A DNA stretch of 41,870 nucleotides, from IMG/VR virus record IMGVR_UViG_3300003323_000274, positions 1 through 41,870 of that record, one strand, 5' to 3'. Every line of letters begins with the position of its first letter. The stretch's first letter is position 1. Below the pieces are notes generated by a model. It saw only the letters and a program-made list of their open reading frames with translations. It made no database searches and was not told the DNA's origin. This document shows positions 36,235 through 41,870 of the stretch, piece by piece. The stretch comes from a virus. The translations under genes and the position numbers were made by a program.

Positions 36235-36822
36235 TTATTTTCTGTCAATAGCGTTTGATGCAAAATGATTCTTTAAAATGGTGATTACTTTTGCTCGAAT
36301 ACTGTCGCCTATACGCAAGTCTTTGTCGTTTTCTTGCATGAACTCAATAATTAGGAAATATTCATCACTGAATTCTTTCTTCCACCGACGCAAATCTTCA
36401 AGTTCTTTTCCTAATTTTTGATCTGAGGTTGTTTGTCTTTCAATATAACTGGGTGTTCTTTTAGTGCAAAGACTGGTAGATACATTGTGTATCCTAGTTG
36501 TATGCCGTTTCTTATTCTCGTCATCAATTGATGTGGTGAATTCAAGATCATATGCATAAGGATATTCATCAACAGCACTATGTTTCTTAATAACCTTGCC
36601 AGCGCGTAATTCCATTCCTAATCCTTCTCCAAGCCTTACATCAACATATTCGTTTATAGCAACAAATGAAGATTCAGGATCAGTAATATCTTCAAGCTTT
36701 TCTATTTTGTAGAAATTATCTTGAAATTCTTTAAACCTTTCTTCTAATAGAAGTTGATCATCAATTCTAATCATGTTATGATGAATTGATTCTTTTGCAA
36801 AAAATTCATGTAATATATTCAT
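36235..36822 (-). CDS. hypothetical protein (195 aa), first ORF after the leader terminator
   Basis: ORF-track ORF. No motif recognised. Confidence 0.55.
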   Translation of the reverse strand: MNILHEFFAKESIHHNMIRIDDQLLLEERFKEFQDNFYKIEKLEDITDPESSFVAINEYVDVRLGEGLGMELRAGKVIKKHSAVDEYPYAYDLEFTTSIDDENKKRHTTRIHNVSTSLCTKRTPSYIERQTTSDQKLGKELEDLRRWKKEFSDEYFLIIEFMQENDKDLRIGDSIRAKVITILKNHFASNAIDRK

Positions 36823-36870
36823 AATTTATTTTTACACTGCTTTGCCAGTCTCTGCATTTAGTCTCTTTTC

Positions 36871-36901
36871 AAATAAGGGAGCGACACAATTATCGCTCCC
36901 C
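36871..36901 (-). terminator. Rho-independent terminator upstream of the late operon
   Basis: 8-bp stem gggagcga/tcgctccc (36877-36884 / 36893-36900). The minus-strand RNA is followed by ttatttg. Confidence 0.65.
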
Positions 36902-37241
36902 GTTTCCATTTATACAGGCGGCTCAGTCTGCTACTAATGTTTGATAAGGCTGTCCCTTTTTTATTGTTGTCTCAGTCATCGTTTTTTACATAGCTTCAAA
37001 CAGCGTTTCTAAAACCTTTTACGTTGTTCTGAAAAGGGTTATGTCCTCAATATCAAACACCAACCTTGCCTAATTGATTACGTGTTAAAATGCCGTCTTT
37101 CCGGCTGTCAAACAATTCTGATCCCACGAGATTGTTTGTCGTGCTGATTTGATCCCCATCAGTAGCAGCCAATCTTCAAACCATGTTGGCCAAACGGGTC
37201 TTAAATGTCTTTCAAAGTAGGGGCTAACCAACTGCTAGCCC

Positions 37242-37406
37242 TCAAATTCTTTCTAAAAAATCTTTTGCTAAAATACGCGCCTGATCCATACCTCCTATAT
37301 TATCAATGACACTCCTTTTAGTATAGAAATTAACTTGGACAACCTTTTCCTGTTCAGGAATTGGCTTTCTGCCTCTGTTATCCTTAATTGTTTTCTTCTT
37401 TGACAT
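37242..37406 (-). CDS. small ribbon-helix-helix-like regulator (54 aa; not in the ORF track)
   Basis: Hand translation gives MSKKKTIKDNRGRKPIPEQEKVVQVNFYTKRSVIDNIGGMDQARILAKDFLERI. It has a basic tail, a beta strand and two helices, and is the first gene next to the divergent AT-rich control region. Confidence 0.45.
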   Translation of the reverse strand: MSKKKTIKDNRGRKPIPEQEKVVQVNFYTKRSVIDNIGGMDQARILAKDFLERI

Positions 37407-37541
37407 GTACAAATGTAATAAAGATTCGGTAATTTCAAGTGTTCATAAAAGATATTTTATTTATTTTTAAAATATTTATTTAATGTATTGTTTTATAATT
37501 CTATTATACTTTACTTTGTACAACATTAAACGAAACGGATT
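37407..37541. promoter_or_regulatory. Divergent AT-rich control region between the late and early arms
   Basis: 135 nt, very AT-rich, lying between divergent start codons 37406 (-) and 37542 (+). Contains the inverted repeat ATATTTT (37452-37458) / AAAATAT (37469-37475). Confidence 0.5.
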
Positions 37542-37829
37542 ATGAAAACTTCAAACAATGACACAATAAACCAATTTATTATCCACATTTCTTTAATAGA
37601 TCCAATTGCGAAGATTTCAAATCAATTAATTAATGATGAATTCAGAGATTGCGATATTAAATGGCTGGATTCTAAGCTTGAGGGCTTTACTCAACTAGCT
37701 TGCAAAACTTTAGGCTTAAACATAACCCTTCCCATGCCCACTGAGGGAAGGGTTATGAATGACTATGTGAAAGGCCAATATATATCACGGTTCAATACTT
37801 TACTTAATTATTTTAAAACATTCGCATAA
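37542..37829 (+). CDS. hypothetical protein (95 aa), first early-arm gene
   Basis: ORF-track ORF directly after the divergent control region. Confidence 0.55.
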   Translation: MKTSNNDTINQFIIHISLIDPIAKISNQLINDEFRDCDIKWLDSKLEGFTQLACKTLGLNITLPMPTEGRVMNDYVKGQYISRFNTLLNYFKTFA

Positions 37830-37936
37830 TGAACCTAATCAAAACCGACCGCCTCATCTTACACTCCATGGCTACTACTCCTATGAGTGAGAGAATTAAA
37901 ATGAAACTTACTTTACTTAAAAATAAAAGATCATGA
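37829..37936 (+). CDS. small protein (35 aa; not in the ORF track)
   Basis: Hand translation gives MNLIKTDRLILHSMATTPMSERIKMKLTLLKNKRS. It is bounded by TAATG and ATGA overlaps and fills the gap. Confidence 0.35.
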   Translation: MNLIKTDRLILHSMATTPMSERIKMKLTLLKNKRS

Positions 37937-38451
37937 TAAACTCAAAATTAAACGAACTTAATGCCTGTGAAGCAGCCAAAGAATGGGCTCAAAATAAATC
38001 CTGGCGAGAAATATATAATACTTGTCATCATGGTGATTGGTTATTATGGTTATTTCGAAAAACAAATCCATCAGACATTCAATTAATCACATTAGCGAAA
38101 GCTCACTGTGCAAATACGGTTCGCCATTTAATGAAAGATGATCGATCTAAAAATGCAATTGATATTGCCATAAAATTTGGCAATGGAGAAGCAACGCGCG
38201 AGGAACTAAATGCTGCTTATGCTGCTGCTTATGCTGCTGCTGCTGATGCTGCTGCTGATGCTGCTGATGCTGCTTATGCTGCTGCTGCTGCTTATGCTGC
38301 TGCTTATGCTGCTGCTTATGCTGCTGCTGCTGCTGCTGATGCTGATGCTGATGCTCGAAGAAAGGCGCGCGAAGATAACCAAATGCTTACTGCTAATATT
38401 TGCAGACAGTACCTTCCTTTCGAAATTTGGAATATTAAAGATGAAGATTAA
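37933..38451 (+). CDS. Ala-repeat protein (172 aa)
   Basis: N-terminal ACEAAKEWA...GDWLLWLF domain, a 48-codon A/Y/D repeat core, and a C-terminal RRKAREDNQMLTANICRQYLPFEIW segment. Confidence 0.65.
   Translation: MINSKLNELNACEAAKEWAQNKSWREIYNTCHHGDWLLWLFRKTNPSDIQLITLAKAHCANTVRHLMKDDRSKNAIDIAIKFGNGEATREELNAAYAAAYAAAADAAADAADAAYAAAAAYAAAYAAAYAAAAAADADADARRKAREDNQMLTANICRQYLPFEIWNIKDED
38212..38355 (+). repeat. (GCT)n microsatellite-like coding repeat interrupted by TAT/GAT
   Basis: 144 nt read directly. Every Ala codon is GCT. Confidence 0.9.
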
Positions 38452-38546
38452 AAGCCATTCCCCTAAATTCTCCGGGAAACTGACAGCTTGGTCTTTACTT
38501 GAATTGATTTCAGATAGGGAAATGGGTTTTTTAAACAACTATAATT

Positions 38547-38750
38547 ATGAAACTGAATCAAGAATTACTCACCAAAATACAAGACGGAATCGCACGCAAT
38601 GAACAATATGTTTCATGGTCGGGAACTCCAAATTCATTGCAACGCGATTTATGGCCGGAAGTATGTCGCCGCTATTCCGAACAAATCATAAAATGTACTG
38701 AATGCGAAGGTACGGGAGAACATGAAATCAATGTAGATGGCATGGCCTGA
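38547..38750 (+). CDS. small protein with CxxCxGxG zinc-finger motif (67 aa)
   Basis: CTECEGTGEH near the C-terminus. Confidence 0.5.
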   Translation: MKLNQELLTKIQDGIARNEQYVSWSGTPNSLQRDLWPEVCRRYSEQIIKCTECEGTGEHEINVDGMA

Positions 38751-38871
38751 TCAATACGCAATTTACATTGCAAAAGATGGGATTGATTTATGGTCATTTG
38801 GATCAAGTGATGCTAAAATAACAATGAATGCAGCTTTGAAATACTTGAATAGAATTCAACCCAAACATTAA
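38737..38871 (+). CDS. small protein (44 aa; not in the ORF track)
   Basis: Hand translation gives MAWPDQYAIYIAKDGIDLWSFGSSDAKITMNAALKYLNRIQPKH. Its start overlaps the upstream 3' end. Confidence 0.35.
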   Translation: MAWPDQYAIYIAKDGIDLWSFGSSDAKITMNAALKYLNRIQPKH

Positions 38872-38876
38872 ATACC

Positions 38877-39026
38877 ATGTATTACGAACCCGACCATTAC
38901 CACCACACTGAAGATGAAGAAGCAGATATTTATCTGGATGCTATTCGCGGTAAGCGGGTAATTCGTTGGGTAGTAGGAGCAGTGATTTTGTTTTTAACTA
39001 TACTTTTAACTTATATACTACTATGA
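38877..39026 (+). CDS. small tail-anchored membrane protein (49 aa; not in the ORF track)
   Basis: Hand translation gives MYYEPDHYHHTEDEEADIYLDAIRGKRVIRWVVGAVILFLTILLTYILL. Its TGA overlaps ATG 39023. Confidence 0.4.
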   Translation: MYYEPDHYHHTEDEEADIYLDAIRGKRVIRWVVGAVILFLTILLTYILL

Positions 39027-39160
39027 ACATCGAAATATCAAAAACAAACACCATCGTTATTAAAGACAAGAACGATAAGGTTATCATTAGCTTTACTCCA
39101 CTTGGAATAAGCAAAACAAAAATAGGTGATAATACAATTATAACCATACATACAAAATGA
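39023..39160 (+). CDS. hypothetical protein (45 aa from internal ATG)
   Basis: The ATGA overlap with the upstream ORF favours MNIEISK... over the track start at 38966. Confidence 0.45.
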   Translation: MNIEISKTNTIVIKDKNDKVIISFTPLGISKTKIGDNTIITIHTK

Positions 39161-39453
39161 CACAATCATCTCTAAACTCAATCACAGAACAAGAGCGAAT
39201 GCCGCTGCCAGATCAAAACTTGGTTACGCGACAAGACGCGCTATTAAGTACTGCTAAACAATTACTATTAGAATGGATGGCAGCTTACGAAAAGAAGTTC
39301 GATAGTGACGAGGATCAGCCTATTGATGACATGATCCGGTACATGCATACTTTTGATTTGGTAACAATGCATATCGGACATGAGCCTACACCATGGCAAG
39401 CAAGAATTTTTATTCAGACACAGGCATACGCAGAACATCAAGAATTTATTTGA
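39157..39453 (+). CDS. hypothetical protein (98 aa)
   Basis: ATGA-coupled ORF. Confidence 0.55.
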   Translation: MTQSSLNSITEQERMPLPDQNLVTRQDALLSTAKQLLLEWMAAYEKKFDSDEDQPIDDMIRYMHTFDLVTMHIGHEPTPWQARIFIQTQAYAEHQEFI

Positions 39454-39455
39454 TT

Positions 39456-39737
39456 ATGAAAGAATTTAAATTTAATATATTCAACACGCTTTATCAAATA
39501 ACTTTTAGCTTTAAGGTTACTAAGAGAGTTCCGAAATACGCCACGGTAAAGCCGGAAACAAAATGGATTTACGCGGGATATAAACTTAAGGTTGATTCTG
39601 TTTACACTGAGGCTTATCATAAAGCGCCTGAACGTGGACGTGCATTAAGGTTATCGTTAGAGGGTACTAAGTTCCAAGTTGAGCGTGGTTATAAAAGCAC
39701 TGTGATTGATGAAATTGATTTAATTCTTCATTATTAA
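39456..39737 (+). CDS. hypothetical protein (93 aa from internal ATG)
   Basis: ATG 39456 lies 2 nt after the upstream stop. The track start at 39393 would overlap by 61 nt. Confidence 0.5.
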   Translation: MKEFKFNIFNTLYQITFSFKVTKRVPKYATVKPETKWIYAGYKLKVDSVYTEAYHKAPERGRALRLSLEGTKFQVERGYKSTVIDEIDLILHY

Positions 39738-39787
39738 TTATTTTAGAACATGCCAGAAACACAACAACTAAAACCGATAAACGGAAT

Positions 39788-40180
39788 ATGAAAGCAAAGG
39801 TAACAAAAGTAACTAAGATGGATAAAAAGGATAGCTACGGCAATACCTCTTTTATCATTGAATTTGATAACTCAGATAAAGGTTTTTATACTTGCAAAAC
39901 TGAAGATCAAACTAAATTCATTAGTGGTCAAGAAGCCGAATATTTGATTGAACAAAAACAAGGGAAAAATGGAACAACTTATTATAAAATTTCATTGCCT
40001 GCATCTGAACAATCAAATAGTTGGCAAAAAGGTGGTAAGCCACAAGTTGAGCCACGAGTGCAAATGATATCATTTGCAATGGCTTATACAAAAGACTTGG
40101 TTGTCGCTGGGAAACTTGAGCTTAAAGATCTTCCTGCTCATTTTGATATTCTTTACAATGAAATGATTTCAAAGCTATGA
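39788..40180 (+). CDS. hypothetical protein (130 aa)
   Basis: ORF-track ORF, ATGA-coupled downstream. Confidence 0.55.
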   Translation: MKAKVTKVTKMDKKDSYGNTSFIIEFDNSDKGFYTCKTEDQTKFISGQEAEYLIEQKQGKNGTTYYKISLPASEQSNSWQKGGKPQVEPRVQMISFAMAYTKDLVVAGKLELKDLPAHFDILYNEMISKL

Positions 40181-40659
40181 ATAATCTACCAACAACCGCT
40201 ACTGGTGTATTACAACAATTCAGCACCTCTTTAACAGGTATAAACATAATGTCTGACCAATTGATTGAGGCTGTTAAATCAGGTGAAATTGACCCGCTTG
40301 CAGTCCGCATACAAATCAAAGCTATTGAAATGGTTTTGGAGCGTGTGAACAAAGAAACGATTCAAAATCAATTAACTGCTGCGGCAAAATATCCAGAACA
40401 AAAGTTTGAGTTCCTTGGAGCTTCTATTCAAAAGGCAGAACACGGTACTAAATACAATTACGCTGGCTGTGGTGACACGATTTACGAAGAGCTGGCAAAG
40501 ACAGCTGATAAAGCAAACGAAGCCCTAAAGGTTCGCTGTGAGTTCCTGAAGTCTTTAAAAGAACCTTTACGAGTAGTTGATGAATCTACGGGTGAAATCG
40601 TCCTTATTTATCCACCTGTTAAAACTTCCACTTCAGGTCTTAATGTATCAATACGATGA
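40177..40659 (+). CDS. hypothetical protein (160 aa)
   Basis: Coupled ORF. Confidence 0.55.
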   Translation: MNNLPTTATGVLQQFSTSLTGINIMSDQLIEAVKSGEIDPLAVRIQIKAIEMVLERVNKETIQNQLTAAAKYPEQKFEFLGASIQKAEHGTKYNYAGCGDTIYEELAKTADKANEALKVRCEFLKSLKEPLRVVDESTGEIVLIYPPVKTSTSGLNVSIR

Positions 40660-41015
40660 AAGGTGAAATATTTGCAGCCCAAATTGAGGGCGTTATGACG
40701 CGCAAGGATAGAACCTTGAAGATTACTATAGGCACCCAGGAAATGAATCCTAACAAGGCAGCGCAAATGCTGGGATACATGAATAAGGTAGTTTCAATTT
40801 ATATCTGTGAGTCATCAATTGATAATTCAGAGATTGAGCAAGTTGATAAAATTGATCCTGAATTCAAAGGCAAGACTCAAAGCAAAAGAATTCGCGATGT
40901 TTTATACATCCTTTGGAAGCAAGGCAGTGAAGGTTATAAAACCTTTGAAGCTTATTATCAGGCTAAGACAGAATTGTTTATTGATACTCTCAAATCTAAT
41001 ATTTTAGAGCCATGA
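40656..41015 (+). CDS. hypothetical protein (119 aa)
   Basis: Coupled ORF. The alternative-frame ORF 40807..41007 is judged spurious. Confidence 0.55.
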   Translation: MKGEIFAAQIEGVMTRKDRTLKITIGTQEMNPNKAAQMLGYMNKVVSIYICESSIDNSEIEQVDKIDPEFKGKTQSKRIRDVLYILWKQGSEGYKTFEAYYQAKTELFIDTLKSNILEP

Positions 41016-41179
41016 AACAACCATACACACCCAACAACATACCCCGAGAAATAGTCTACCACATCCAAAGATCATTCATTCAAGACTTATTTTACTTGGG
41101 ATGCATTATTGTTCTGGGCACAGTCTCTTCAATTATCAGCATTATTGTAGTGTTACATCAAATTACGCCGGACTTATGA
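41012..41179 (+). CDS. small membrane protein (55 aa; not in the ORF track)
   Basis: Hand translation gives MKQPYTPNNIPREIVYHIQRSFIQDLFYLGCIIVLGTVSSIISIIVVLHQITPDL. ATGA overlaps at both ends. Confidence 0.4.
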   Translation: MKQPYTPNNIPREIVYHIQRSFIQDLFYLGCIIVLGTVSSIISIIVVLHQITPDL

Positions 41180-41502
41180 AAAATGAAACTGATTGTGAAT
41201 TAATTGAAGAATTTTATATTTCACATGGCGGTAAACCGCACATGAAAGAAGATCTTTGGTTTTATGAATCGGACTGGAATATGCTTATGACAGTAATTGA
41301 AAAAATAGATTCTCTTATGCCACCTATAAAAATTCCTACTGATCTTCCTAAACTTAAAAATGGAACTCACGGGTCAGAACCATTTATTGAGGTAACTGCT
41401 CTTCCTATATCTTGCGGAATATCTGAAGCTTTTGACAAAATAGTCGAATTTATAAAATGGTACAACAGATATGATAAATATAAAGGAACGTTTAAAAGTT
41501 AG
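41176..41502 (+). CDS. hypothetical protein (108 aa from internal ATG)
   Basis: The ATGA overlap with the upstream small ORF favours MKNETDCE... over the track start at 41101. Confidence 0.5.
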   Translation: MKNETDCELIEEFYISHGGKPHMKEDLWFYESDWNMLMTVIEKIDSLMPPIKIPTDLPKLKNGTHGSEPFIEVTALPISCGISEAFDKIVEFIKWYNRYDKYKGTFKS

Positions 41503-41674
41503 GCTGCTTCTAGGCAGCACCGTTACTCAGGCTCAGTGCTTAAAGTGGTGGAATCATTGGCGCTTAGCTGTATTAGTGAACAGACTTCGAAATGAGGGTT
41601 ACAACATTCAAAAGGAAATGATTCGAACAAAATCAGGTCATTCATACGCAAAATATTTTATACCTAAACAATAA
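41471..41674 (+). CDS. winged-helix DNA-binding protein (HTH_39-like)
   Basis: TVTQAQCLKWWNHWRLAVLVNRLRNEGYNIQKEMI...YAKYFI matches the remembered pattern ...rLaarI.eLR..Gy.I.... Confidence 0.5.
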   Translation: MINIKERLKVRLLLGSTVTQAQCLKWWNHWRLAVLVNRLRNEGYNIQKEMIRTKSGHSYAKYFIPKQ

Positions 41675-41679
41675 ACCAC

Positions 41680-41853
41680 ATGATACGAAAAATATTCCAT
41701 AAAGAAAATTTTGTCAAAATTGAAATTGATACAAACGTTGGTTGGTATATTACTTTGAGTAAAGAGCAAGGAAGTGAACTTGACGCTATTCTTTTAAGAG
41801 ATAGTATTCAGGAAAAATTTGGGAATGTAATTGAGTCCATCCGAAGTTTTTAA
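41680..41853 (+). CDS. small protein (57 aa; not in the ORF track)
   Basis: Hand translation gives MIRKIFHKENFVKIEIDTNVGWYITLSKEQGSELDAILLRDSIQEKFGNVIESIRSF. Its stop lies inside the terminal repeat. Confidence 0.4.
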   Translation: MIRKIFHKENFVKIEIDTNVGWYITLSKEQGSELDAILLRDSIQEKFGNVIESIRSF

Positions 41854-41870
41854 CATCGTTAATATTATAA
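41846..41870. repeat. Terminal direct repeat, copy 2 (identical to 1..25)
   Basis: Read directly. Confidence 0.95.

Noticed and set aside
37023-37058. A 36-nt segment whose reverse complement (GTTTGATATTGAGGACATAACCCTTTTCAGAACAAC) superficially resembles a type VI-B CRISPR repeat (36 nt, GTTG...ACAAC ends)
   Set aside because: It is a single copy with no second repeat or spacer structure anywhere in the window. There are no cas genes, and the internal hairpin typical of such repeats is absent.
38206-38602. Long ORFs 38206..38538 (-) and 38210..38602 (+) overlapping the Ala-repeat gene
   Set aside because: Their SSSISS and LLLML sequences are just the other reading frames of the (GCT)n repeat. 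The 3' part from ATG 38441 (MKIKSHSPKFSGKLTAWSLLELISDREMGFLNNYNYE...) fills the gap 38452..38546 and might be a real 53-aa ORF. However, it runs 56 nt into the next gene, so I did not call it.

Overview
The window is a complete tailed-phage genome. Its first and last 25 nt are identical, so the unique unit is 41,845 nt, either circularly closed or terminally redundant. A Bacteroidota host is inferred from four traits: AT-rich sequence, no Shine-Dalgarno-like leaders, TAnnTTTG -7 boxes, and MKK...Q signal peptides.

The minus-strand late arm runs 37406 -> 6508. In order it carries a small RHH-like regulator, a ~340-nt untranslated leader ending in a terminator, then TerS-like and TerL. Next come a gene with a U9 -1 slippery run, neck/tail genes, the tape measure, a Mor-like HTH, a ClpP-like prohead protease, the major capsid and a putative tail tube, followed by a strong terminator. 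After that lie a glycosyltransferase/methyltransferase island, the portal, a connector, the tail fibre and two esterases. It ends with a membrane-protein-rich lysis cassette containing a GH108 endolysin, then tRNA-Trp.

The plus-strand early arm runs 37542 -> 41870/1 -> 6521. It holds about 45 small ORFs, mostly coupled by ATGA/TAATG overlaps and mostly of unknown function. It also includes an HNH-like protein, HTH proteins, zinc-finger proteins and an Ala-repeat protein.

I saw no integrase, reverse transcriptase, CRISPR array, or recognisable DNA polymerase, helicase or primase.

Most interesting:
- a 9-ORF glycosylation/methylation island embedded in the morphogenesis operon
- a tail fibre and two esterases that all carry Bacteroidota-type export signals
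- a -1 frameshift or homopolymer frame break at a U9 run
- three ORF-poor intergenic units bounded or marked by terminator-like hairpins that may encode RNAs or leaders
- a pure-GCT alanine microsatellite gene

All calls rest on reading the sequence and remembered family motifs. No database search was run.
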